Assembly: GCA_002269645.1 (NCBI GenBank)
Contig: NIVC01003890.1
Coordinates: 7,222-71,221 of the forward strand
DNA length: 64,000 bases
Direction: 5' to 3'
From: Macrostomum lignano
Taxonomy: Eukaryota
The stretch's first letter is position 1. Every line of letters starts with the position of its first letter. The notes under the pieces were generated by a model. That model worked only from the letters and a program-made list of their open reading frames with translations. It had not been told where the DNA came from and did not search any database. The position numbers were made by a program, and so were the translations under genes. Of the stretch, positions 12,561 through 23,710 are shown piece by piece.

Positions 12561-13632
12561 CTTTCCCTCCTGTCCCTAGGGAGGGAAAAAGGTGCAGTCA
12601 GGTGCATTTCCAAAACATGCACGAAATAGGCCACTAAAGTGCCTCTTTTGTGCACCTCGCTCACCTTTTATGCCAACACAGGTGCATAACTTTTCCAACG
12701 GGCCTCTTTCCTTGTTCTCCCTCTCCCTGTCCCCTTCCTGCCCGTTTCTATAATTTTTTATCTGTATTCATTTTATAAATCTGAAATTCGTCAGCCAATA
12801 CAAGTGGCCTTCCCCTATTAGCTGCTTCCACAAGTTGTAGAACCGCTATTCTAATTCGGTTCTTTTCGAACTATTAAAAAGAAGCTTGTTAAAAAACCCG
12901 AGAATTTTGAATCACTTGGCGAGGGCATGCAGAATGGAATTCTGTACTAGCGCAAAACAGTGTGGGCAGGGCGTTTGCAGTTCACCCAGGTCACAGTCAG
13001 CCACTTGAGGCTCCGTACGTGCATGCTCGTTTTAATTCGAAAAAAGGAGCACCCACCACCCCTTTGCGAGTCTTTAGGTAGGGGGTGGGGGTTGAATTTC
13101 TATTCTGTGCGGAAAATATGTAAATACAGGTTTTGGATTTGTCTGCACGACATTTTAGCCAAAAATGGTTATTCAGTGAGATGAGACAGACGCATAAAGA
13201 GAGACAGAGAGCTGTGCCGCTGGCTGTGTCATGGACAACTAGAATGGAACATCTGGTTGAGGAAAAGGGACAACCTAACAGGTTGCTCTTATATATTCAG
13301 CAAATAAGTCACTTGCAACCGTATTTAGTATCAAAACTACGAGTATATGGACTGACTGATGATTCTATCTGAGCTCCTTTTCATCCCTTATCGTAGATTT
13401 GTCCTACAGAATTTAATTTCCAAATTCAATTTCGTATTTGTTAGTTGCAAGTGCTCCATGACCGCGCGCTTGAGTACAGCTGTTCTGAGCAACATCTTTC
13501 TTTTCGGAGCTGTGCTCGAGCGTACCTGTAAGGACAGCCATTGGAATTCTATTGTTCATATTCTCTTCTACGCAAGGGTGTAGTGTGCGAAGGCTGGGTG
13601 CTAGAGTAAGTGCGCTCGGGAGCCTTCTCGAG

Positions 13633-13639
13633 TATAAAA
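13633..13639 (+). promoter_or_regulatory. Candidate TATA box of the Mx-like gene
   Basis: TATAAAA ~80 nt upstream of the ATG at 13716; position consistent with a short 5' UTR. Confidence 0.5.
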
Positions 13640-13715
13640 CCCTGTTGCCACCCATGCCTTCTATAACGTCTGAGCTGCTGTAGTGTAAAGGGCTGACTCA
13701 GCCACCGAGACAGAC

Positions 13716-16700
13716 ATGTTCAAACCGTCTGGTTCATCTGACGAATTCGGTTCGGCAATGCGCGGGTTGAAGTGAGTGCAACTTTGATGTTAATATTTTA
13801 ATCTTTCTGTATTATATCCATATTTTAAATGCTATGATGTACCCAAGGCCAAAGTCATTTAAGTTTTTACCTCTTAATTACGTCACAAATCTTTTTAAAA
13901 CCAAGGTTACCAATCGTGGAAAGTTCCACAAGAAACAAGGTGACCAATCGTCGAAATTTCCACAAAAATCAAGGTCACCCATCGTGGAAAGTTCCACAAG
14001 AAAAGTCACGACTCGTGGAAAGTTCCACAAGAAACAGGGTCATGAATCGTGGAAAATTCCACAAGAAACAGGGTCACCAATCGTGGAAAGTTCCACAAGA
14101 AACAGGGTCACCAATCGCGAACTTTTAAAGTTTCAATAAATAATTTCACAAGTCAAGGCCATGGAAAGCTCCCTTAGAGTCAAGGTCACCCTTAACCGCA
14201 CCCGCCTTAATCCGCAGGGGCTCCCGAACGCCCGGCCTCCGCCTGTCGGCTCGTCCGAGTCGTCGTCCGAGCGGCAGCTCCAGCTCGAATGCCGGAGAGC
14301 TCAGCATCGCTGGACCAGCCTGGATTGTGCGCGGCCAGGAGGTGGTGAAGGACGAACCGGCCAAGGTGATCAAGTACCCGGAGCTGCACTCAGACCTGGC
14401 CAGGTAAAATACATATCCATTCATTCTGGTTCGAAGGCCGATTGGGTTGTCGTGCAAGGCTACCAGACATTTCCCCTCGGGCATTTCCCCCTCCGGCGTC
14501 CGGAGTTCATAAGCCCGTCGTGAAATTCTCGTTAATGAGGGCCCATTGAGTCGCTTAGCTCGTGCAACCTACTCGTGAAATAAAACGCAATTTTCAGGTC
14601 CTACAACGAGCAAATCAAGCCGTGCTACGATCAGATTGCTAAACTACGAGCCCTCGGCTTTGCCAAGGAGCTCCGACTGCCATCCATCGTGGTGATCGGC
14701 GATCAGTCAACCGGGAAGAGCTCCGTTCTTGAGAGCATCAGCGGAGTTCGATTCCCGCGCGGCAACGGCGTTGTGACGCTCTGCCCGCTGCAGCTCAGCA
14801 TGCGGACCAGCGATGACGGCAAGTGGCGCGGCAACATTCGCTACTACGACACCTACGGCAAGCTGATGAAGTGGGACATCGACGGGCCAGAGGATGTCGA
14901 AGACGCCATTCAGGAAGCGCAGATGCGCATTACCGGCAATCAGCGCAACGTATCGAAGAGCATCATCGAGATGACGTTAGAAAGTCCGGAGTTGCCGAAT
15001 TTGACGTTGATCGATTTGCCAGGCATTGCCAGGTACAATCACAACAGTGCGGAGAGCGGGAGCAGCCTGCACCAGCTGGTGAGTAGCCGATGGTTTCTGA
15101 GAAAGTGCCGCTATTGCCCATACCCAGAAATAAAGTTTTTGGAAAAAAGAAGATGCTTTGAAGTCTTAACCTTTAAAAGTTGGTTTCTTTGAAAGGTTTC
15201 CTTCTCAGAAGGCGTTAAAATAGTAGAAAGTTTTTTAGAGTTTCCTAGAAAACGTGGCTTTGCAAGAAAGCATGGCTTTTCTATAAAGTGTGGCTTTCAT
15301 AGAAAGCGTGGCCTTTCTTAGAAAGCTTGGCCTTCCTAGAAAGCGTGGCCTTCCTAGAAAGCCTGGCTTTTCCTAGAAAGCCTGGCCTTTCCTAGAAAGC
15401 GTGGCCTTCCTCGAAAGCCTGGCTTTTCCTAGAAAGCCTGGCCTTTCCTAGAAAGCGTGACCTTTCCTAGAAAGCGTCGCCTTTCCTAGAAAGCCTGGCC
15501 TTTCCTAGAAAGCGTGACCTTTCCTAGAAAGCGTCACCTTTCCTAGAAAGCGTGGCCTTACCTAGAAAGAGTGGCCTTTCCTAGAAATCGGGGCCTTTCC
15601 TAGAAAGCGTGGCTTTTCTATAAAGTGTGGCTGGCTTTCCTTTTAAGTGTGGCTGTCCTAGAAAGTGTGGTTGTAATCTTTTTTTTCACAAGTCGTAGAA
15701 TTTCTCAAAAATGAGAATGTAAAAAAGTTACGTTGCAGGAGCTGAAATGATTTTTTTGATTCTTAGACCGAGAAAAATTTTGTAAGAGTAATTCTTTCAA
15801 AAATTAGTCAGGCATTGAGATTTCAAAAAAAATACAATTTCGCACGTTGGTTGTAAGTCCTTAACTTTAAAACAGCATTTACATCAAAAACTATATTCGC
15901 ACTCTGCCAGACAACAGACATCATCAAAGAGTACATCAGACGCGAGGAGACAATCATTCTGGTTGTGATTCCGCTGACTTCCGACACCGCCACAATGGAG
16001 GCACTGCAGCTGGCTAAGGACGCCGATCCCTACGGAATGCGCACAATTGGTGAGGTTCTCACATTTCAGACACTAAATTCATTCTTTCTTCGTGTCTAGA
16101 CTACTGGTAGTAGCTCGAATGGAGCAACATACCTGAAGAAATTTAGATACATGTGAATTCCCTGGCTAGACGGTTTGACAATTTGAAAAAACCTAGACCG
16201 GACACTGCTATTGCTGGTGAATCTTCTGAACTGTTGCGATTCAAAATCGTTAACAAAAACTTTTTACCCCAACTCAGGCGTGCTCACCTTTCCTGACCTG
16301 GTGAACAAGGGCGCCCAGGAGGAGAAGCTGATGATTGCCAGAAACATCACCTACCCCCTGTCTAAGGGCTACGTCACTGTCAAATGCCGGAATCAGGAAG
16401 ATATTAAGAATCGCAAATCGCTAAAGGACGCAAAGGCTGACGAGGCTTTGTTTTTTAACACTGACCCGTTCTTTAAACAACTGGACTCGATGTACCGAGG
16501 CTCCGATACGCTTGCTAGGAGATTGAGCGAGGAGCTGTTGTACCTCGTTAAGGTAAGACTTCTGTTACCCCGGTATAGATAATTGCAAAATCGTCTAAAT
16601 TAACTTTGATTCGTGCGTAAGTCCTCTGTTCTACAGAGCCTGGCATCAATGGGGTTGGGTGCGTGCCCAGTCCCCCAGCCCGGCGTCAATGGGGTGGGTG

Positions 16701-19700
16701 CCCCAGTCCCCCAGCCCTGCATCAATGGGGTGGGTGCCCCAGTCCCCCAGCCCGGCGTCAATGGGGTGGGTGCCCCAGTCCCCCAGCCCTGCATCAATGG
16801 GGTGGGTGCCCCAGTCCCCCAGCCTAGCGTCAATGGGGTGGGTGCCCCAGTCCCCCAGCCCGGCGTCAATGGGGTGGGTGCCCCAGTCCCCCAGCCTGGC
16901 GTCAATGGGGTGGGTGCCCCAGTCCCCCAGCCTGGCGTCAATGGGGTGGGTGCCTCAGTCCCCCAACCCGGCGGCGCCAATGGGGTGGGTGCCTCAGTCC
17001 CCCAGCCCGGCGTCAATGGGGTGGGTGATCTAGTCCCCCAGCCCGGCGTCAATGGGGTGGGTGATCTAGTCCCCCAGCCCGGCGTCAATGGGGTGGGTGC
17101 CCCAGTCCCCAGCCCGGCGTCAATGGGGTGGGTGCCCCAGTCCCCCAGCCCGGCGTCAATGGGGTGGGTGCCCCAGTCCGGTGTCCCTGGGGTGGGTGCC
17201 CCAGTCCCCCAGCCCGGCGTTAATGGGGTGGGTGCCCCAGTCCCCAGCCCGGCGTCAATGGGGTGGGTGCCCCAGTCCCCAGCCCGGCGTCAATGGGGTG
17301 GGTGATCTAGTCCCCCAGCCCGGCGTCAATGGGGTGGGTGCCCCAGTCCCCAGCCCGGCGTCAATGGGGTGGGTGCCCCAGTCCCCCAGCCCGGCGTCAA
17401 TGGGGTGGGTGCCCCAGTCCGGTGTCCCTGGGGTGGGTGTCCCAGTACCCCGATTCCTGAGTCACAAGCAGTTTTTCCACCTATTAATTCGCCTTATTCT
17501 TCTCTGCAGAAATTCATCCCGGAACTCATTAGCGATGTGCAAAGCGTACGCGAGCGACTGGGCCAAGAGCTGGCCCAGATGGGCAAAGGTCCGCCCGAGG
17601 ACGACCGCTCGAAGGTGGCCCTGATTGCCAGAATGTTTAACGACTTTACCAAACTATTCGAGAAAGAGGCCTCAGGTATGAGGTTCTAAAATGTGTCCAA
17701 ATCCTACTAAGAAACTCTAGGGCACTAGGGCACAGTTAGTCAAGGCGGCGATGCGACCCCCCTCCCGACTAACTTATCCGCAGGCAAGTCGCACAACTTC
17801 CAAGAGGACTCCGGCAAGAAGAACCTCCACCAGCGCTGCCGACAGCACTGGTGCAATCTGGCCGAGCAGATTGAGAAAACTGTGCGCCAGATCGGCGACG
17901 ACGACGCCAAAATTCGCAAAGCCGTGCGCGACTTTTTGGACGATCAGCGCGGTCGCGAACTGCCTAACTTTCAGTCGGCTTACCCGGTCATCGAGTGCAT
18001 CATCCGCCAGCGACTGGTGGCGCCGCTGCGTCAGCTGGCGTTGCACTGCCTCCGGGATGTGAGCGTCGAGGTTGACGACACGCTGAGGGATCTGGCTGAC
18101 TCGGTTTTCACCTCCTATCCGAGGCTCAATCAGTATGTTAAGGTAAGTGTCTCCTGTGAGACATCAGTGACATTACAGCCGATGCTTAATTAAGAATGAA
18201 TGACTCATGGGCTGTGTACACTGGTGCATGCTTTGGTTATTTAGACGAACGACTCATTGGCTGTGTACACTGGTGCATGCTTTGGTTATTTAGACGAACG
18301 ACTCATTGGCTGTGTACACTGGTGCATGCTTCGGTTATTTGGACGAATGACTCATTGGCTGTGTACACTGGTGCATGCTTCGGTTATTTGGACGAATGAC
18401 TCATTGGCTGTGTACACTGGTGCATGCTTCGGTTATTTGGATGAATGACTCATTGGCTGTGTACACTGGTGCATGCTTCGGTTATTTGGACGAATGACTC
18501 ATTGGCTGTGTACACTGGTGCATGCTTCGGTTATTTGGACGAATGACTCATTGGCTGTGTATACTGGTGCATGCTTCGGTTATTTGGACGAATGACTCAT
18601 TGGCTGTGTACACTGGTACATGCTTTGGTTATTTGGACGAATGACTCATTGGCTGTGTACACTGGTGCATGCTTTGGTTATTTGGACGAATGACTCATTG
18701 GCTGTGTACACTGGTACATGCTTCGGTTATTTGGTCGAATGACTGGTCTACAGCGGTGGTAGCCAAACAATTTCTGACAAAACAGCTGCAATCGTGAGTC
18801 ATCTCCAAACAAAACCGCAGGAGTCTGTGCAGGGCATCAAAGAGCGCATGTACTCTCGGGCCAAGGACGATCTAGATCGTCAGTTCGACCAGGAGAGCTA
18901 CGTGTGGACCAACGATTTGACATTCGACGATGAATCCAACATACGCGAGGCTACCCGCTCTCTGGTGATGAACGTTATGGTGCTGCCGAATCGGAATATG
19001 TACTCTTTCACTGAGCAGTTCAACCGCCAATCCGTGGAGTGGATCGCTGACCATTGTTGTCGTGAGTGTGAAATGATTATTTCATTTGTTTAAATTAAAT
19101 TAAATTAAATTAATATCACGCAACTAGCTACTAAAGGAGAAATAGAAGAATATTACGCAACAAATTGAACACAGAGTCCATGCACTTTTCATCTAGGTCC
19201 TGAGGACGAGTCTAACACGGAGTTCGCTGCCTGGTTTCAAGGCATTTTTCAGCGTAAGGGCACTTTTTCTATTTGTATCCCAAATACTACGCGTACACCT
19301 CTATAAAATCCTGTCATAAGCAGCACGTGTACTTTAAAATACACAGAGTACTTCAGCCAGAGCTCCGCGTCACAAGACGAGAAGGCATCCGGCCCGAAAT
19401 CACCTCGCGGCGCCGATCACGAGCCTGATGAAGCCATCGAAAGGTGTCTAAACTCGTTGCACGCCTACATGAAGGTGAGTTAGAATAGTTTTGCATTGCA
19501 GTTCTTAAAATATGCTAAGAGAAAGCATTTCGAAGACTTTTGTTTTGTTTCTTTAAATAGAACTCTGTTCTGACGTCAGTCAATTTGTTTCTATAAATAG
19601 ATTGAACTGTTGTGACGTCATTCTAAATGTTTCTAAAAATAGATCAAAGCTTTTTGATATGCTACGCTCGTATATTGTTATTTAATCCGTATGATAGCGA

Positions 19701-19997
19701 CTCTCTCGAAAAATAGCAAAATAAAATCGATTGAAAGAAATTACTTGCATCTTCACCGCCGAGCAGATCGCCTTCACCCGCATGATTGACAACGCGCCGC
19801 TCTGCATGATGCACTTCATGCTTTACAAGCTGGCCGACGAACTCTGCAACGAGGTCAGCATCTTTCAGCAGGAGTCTGAGAAGCTGGACCAGCTGCTAGA
19901 GGAGAAGGAAGGCATCCGGATTCACCGGATCGAGACTAAAAACCGGATGAAAGCTCTGGCCGAGGCTGAGAACGATCTCTGCCGCATCTCGCTTTAG
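13716..19997 (+). CDS. Mx: Mx-like dynamin-family large GTPase, 11 exons, 772 aa
   Basis: Exons 13716-13771, 14218-14403, 14598-15078, 15911-16049, 16278-16552, 17510-17675, 17784-18142, 18821-19061, 19197-19253, 19347-19474, 19767-19997 (2319 nt, all phases compatible). G1 GDQSTGKS, G2 region GVVTLCP, G3 DLPG, G4 TFPD, GYVTVKCRNQ, stalk RGRELPNF, C-terminal GED; no PH/PRD domain. N-terminal YNEQIKPCYDQIAKLRALG matches the Mx YEEKVRPCIDLIDSLRALG motif. Exons 1-2 are less certain. Confidence 0.9.
13905..14120. repeat. ~34-bp tandem repeat with palindromic GTGGAAAGTTCCAC core, Mx intron 1
   Basis: GGAAAGTTCC at 13918, 13986, 14017, 14085; GGAAAATTCC at 14051; CGAAATTTCC variant at 13952. Confidence 0.9.
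15240..15665. repeat. 19-bp minisatellite with TTCCTAGAA core, Mx intron 3
   Basis: Unit CTTTCCTAGAAAGCGTGGC, ~21 copies. Confidence 0.95.
16640..17450. repeat. 36-bp GC-rich minisatellite, Mx intron 5
   Basis: Unit GGGGTGGGTGCCCCAGTCCCCCAGCCCGGCGTCAAT, ~22 copies. Confidence 0.95.
18195..18745. repeat. 49-bp minisatellite, ~11 copies, Mx intron 7
   Basis: Unit GACGAATGACTCATTGGCTGTGTACACTGGTGCATGCTTCGGTTATTTG. Confidence 0.95.
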
Positions 19998-20769
19998 ATT
20001 GGACAAGCTCGCGCGACGAATGTTTCGATACATATCGGTTCTATATCTTTAATCCATTTTTAAAAACCTTGTGGTACACCAAGAATTTCGCTATTATCGA
20101 ATTCTGATTAAACTTCTTTTATCGTCGTGTACTAATTAATATATATTCGCCTTTGATGCTGTTTTGACTCATATTAACAATTTTATTTCGTCATGACCCG
20201 GGCATTGCTATCATAGTCTAATGTTAGATTTTGTTCTGTGTTATAACATCTTTAAATTTTCAATAATTGTGATACAAAATTGTCAAACGAAACTTTTAGA
20301 AAACTTGCTTAAAAATTGTTTTTAATAAATAAAAGTGCTCATAAATCTATTAAAATCTATGATTATTAATGCTGTTAATTTCTTATATACTTGTTCAATA
20401 TTTTAGTTCTAAACTTACGTCAGTCTACTTTTTGTAGGTCTGCTGCGCGCATGTTTCGTTCGAGTTTACACAGTCAATATCAGTCATTAGTGAACTTTAT
20501 AATACTACTAAATTTATACAGTTGAGGTACATGAGGACTTTACCTACATGTTTATCCCACGGCTATCAAATAATTCAAACTGTTTATTTGCGTGCTTTTG
20601 ATAATAGGTGCCTGACAGGGCCCATTGATAAGGGGCAAAGGAGTGTAGGCCAAGGGAAAGGTTAGCTAGTGACCAAGTGAGGGATGAGAGTTAAAGATAA
20701 AAGAGAATTAAAAAAAACAGCCTAACAGACAGACAGGCAGGCACGAAGCCACTGAGACACCGAGAAACT

Positions 20770-21735
20770 AATTCACTAAGATACTAATGCACTAATAAGA
20801 TACTGATGCACTAAGATACTAATACACTAAGATACTAAGGCACTAAGATACCAATGCACTAATAAGATACTAATGCAGCGGAATGGGCGCCCGCGCCTTC
20901 CCGCTGTGTCCCCTCCGGGACAGCCCTGCAGCTAAGATACTAATGCACTTGACACTAAGACACTAATGCACTAGACACTAAGGCACTAATGCACTAATGC
21001 ACTAGACACTAAGGCACTAATGCACTAGACACTAAGGCACTAATGCACTAGACACTAAGACACTAATGCACTAGAAACTAAGGCACTAATGCACTAGACA
21101 CTAAGACACTAATGCACTAGAAACTAAGGCACTAATGCACTAGACACTAAGACACTAATTCACTAGAAACTAAGGCACTAATACACTAGACACTAAGGCA
21201 CTAATGCACTAGAAACTAAGGCACTAATACACTAGACACTAAGGCACTAATGCACTAGAAACTAAGGCACTAATACACTAGACACTAAGGCACTAATGCA
21301 CTAGAAACTAAGGCACTAATGCACTAGACACTAAGGCACTAATGCACTAGACACTAAGGCACTAATGCACTAGACACTACGGCACTAATGCACTAGAAAC
21401 TAAGGCACTAATGCACAAGACACTAAGGCACTAATGCACTAGACACTAAGGCACTAATGCACTAGAAACTAAGGCACTAATACACTAGACACTAAGGCAC
21501 TAATGCACTAGACACTAAGGCACTAATGCACAAGACACTAAGGCACTAATGCACTAGACACTAAGGCACTAATGCACTAGAAACTAAGGCACTAATACAC
21601 TAGACACTAAGGCACTAATGCACTAGACACTAAGGCACTAATGCACTAGACACTAAGGCACTAATGCACTAGAAACTAAGGCACTAATGCACTAGAAACT
21701 AAGGCACTAATACACTAGACACTAAGGCACTAAAA
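20770..21735. repeat. GCACTAAT/ACACTAAG-based minisatellite (~23-bp higher-order unit)
   Basis: Unit GCACTAATGCACTAGACACTAAG with variants. Confidence 0.95.
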
Positions 21736-22204
21736 CCGACAGTCATCAGTAACGCAAGGAATTGATACAATAAAGATAAAGACAAAATATAATCGATTGC
21801 GCACATACAAGACTTTTCATTTTTAGTATAATTGAAGAGATTTAGTATATTTAGATTGAAAGATAAAATTGACTTGTTTAACTTTTACTTCGCTCGTATG
21901 CACGATTCTAAGAATCAAACTAATTTTGTATGATGCGGGAAATTTTCGTCTCGTTAAAGTTTGCAACCTTTGCAAAATGGCTTAGTGCGTCTTCATACTA
22001 GGTCTCAGACATGCATAAGTCGATATATTCTGTGAATAAATTTGTATGACATTAATACCAGTTACCATTTTTATAAAATATTTATTGCAACAGAGGGCAG
22101 TTACAGGAAACATTTTGAGAGTTTTTAATCACCTTTGAGTCTAATCAGGATCAAGTTTGAGTCTAGATAAATAACAATAAGACAGAGTTTTGAGGCCGGG
22201 TTTC

Positions 22205-22610
22205 GGGTCCAGATTGAGACAGGGTTTGAGTCTAGATTGAGACAGAGTTTGAGTCTAGATTGAGACTAGTTTTGAGTCTAGATTGAGACTAGTTTTGAGT
22301 CTAGATTGAGACTAGTTTTGAGTCTAGATTGAGACTAGATTGAGACTAGTTTTGAGTCTAGATTGAGACTAGTTTTGAGTCTAGATTGAGACTAGTTTTG
22401 AGTCTAGATTGAGACTAGTTTTGAGTCTAGATTGAGACTAGATTGAGACTAGTTTTGAGTCTAGATTGAGACACGGTTTGAGTCTAGATTGAGACCAGTT
22501 TTGAGTCTAGATTGAGACACGGTTTGAATCTAGATTGAGACCGGGTTTGAGTCTAGATTGAGACACGGTTTGAGTCTAGATTGAGACCGGGTTTGAGTCT
22601 AGACAGAGAC
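22205..22610. repeat. 23-bp minisatellite in the probable 3' UTR of the dispanin gene
   Basis: Unit TTTTGAGTCTAGATTGAGACTAG. Confidence 0.93.
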
Positions 22611-22714
22611 AGTATTTGGGGACACTTAGGTGTTGGTTTGAAGTTAATTAACATCATGTTTGAGTCCGATTGACATGAAGAAGCATGAGTAGCAACAAAA
22701 ACATTTTTTAATCA

Positions 22715-23347
22715 TCAGGACGACTTTGAGTAGAGATCGAAGCTGCTCTTCATCGCTTTCCCAGCCGGCTCGTCCTCCACAGTGCCGATGTCCAGACTCT
22801 TGATGAACCTGGCCACGTGCACCACAGTGGGGTGGCTCAGCAGGTAGATGAACACAGACATAGTTGTCAGGATGCCGAGAGCATTGAACAGGATTGCCAA
22901 GCTTCCGTACAGAGCCGCTCGTTTATGCGACTGCTCGTCTTTCTTGTTCGCCAGCAGATTGTGCGCCCGCACTGACAAGGCTACGGCAATGGCGCCGAAT
23001 ATGAAATTGAAAAATATTGTCACAATCACCGACACAACAAAATTGGTGACTCGATTCTTGTTGTTTGTCTCGAACTCCATGGGCAGCAGGCGAGGGACCC
23101 CGAGCTGTTTGGTTAGGGGAGCCTCCGGGACCGCCTCGACCGCATCAAGTTCCATCGGAGTCTGCCTTTGCTGCGGCTGCTGTTGCTGCAGAAGAGGCAA
23201 ACGACTGCTTGACTCTGCTTCAGTGGATTGAAGCAGCGGATGGTTCATTAGACGAACCGACAGGAGACTGCTTGCCGCTGTCACGTCTGCGGCAGCGCCA
23301 ACGCCTGCAGGATCTGCGTACAAATTGTTGTCAGGCAGTTCCTGCAT
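22715..23347 (-). CDS. CD225/dispanin-family (IFITM/PRRT-like) two-hydrophobic-segment membrane protein, 210 aa
   Basis: FVVSVIVTIFFN-FIFGAIAVALSVRAHN...AILFNALGILTT aligns with the CD225 pattern (IFITM3 [29 protein letters not shown]...IWALILGILMT). The ATG is preceded by a strong polypyrimidine tract and CAG acceptor (exon starts 23348), so an upstream exon or trans-splicing is implied. Confidence 0.8.
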   Translation of the reverse strand: MQELPDNNLYADPAGVGAAADVTAASSLLSVRLMNHPLLQSTEAESSSRLPLLQQQQPQQRQTPMELDAVEAVPEAPLTKQLGVPRLLPMEFETNNKNRVTNFVVSVIVTIFFNFIFGAIAVALSVRAHNLLANKKDEQSHKRAALYGSLAILFNALGILTTMSVFIYLLSHPTVVHVARFIKSLDIGTVEDEPAGKAMKSSFDLYSKSS

Positions 23348-23710
23348 CCTGCAGCGGAGAGGCTGGAGATTGCAAGAGTAAACAGGTGGAGGGAGACAGG
23401 GAGATGAAGCTTAATATTCTATGAAATGCATATTTTCAGCAATTATTGCATCCCTCTTCCCTGACTGTACAGTGTTGAGTTGTATGCATTTGTTGCTAAT
23501 AGAACTTGGGTTGGTGGCTGTTCATTAAGCGTGGCCAATAAAATCCGGAAGCAGAGAGCGGCTCTTTCCCAAATTCCAGCTCTTCATCTAGCGCACAAAA
23601 TATCTGCAAATTTTGGCCTCTTCTTTTGCTAAATTATTTTGTATTTCCATAAATACTTCCCAGCGATTAGATACTGAATCATATTCACCATCTCAAACTT
23701 GACATATCAT

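Noticed and set aside
14146-14523. ORFs 14161-14523 (+) and 14146-14484 (-) as genes
   Set aside because: Mx exon 2 (14218-14403) uses a different frame that is phase-compatible with exons 1 and 3; these ORFs are shadows.
14689-19997. Classical dynamin or Drp1 assignment
   Set aside because: No PH/PRD domain, and the N-terminal, GYxxVKCR and RGRELP motifs follow the Mx pattern. A phylogeny is still needed for formal confirmation.
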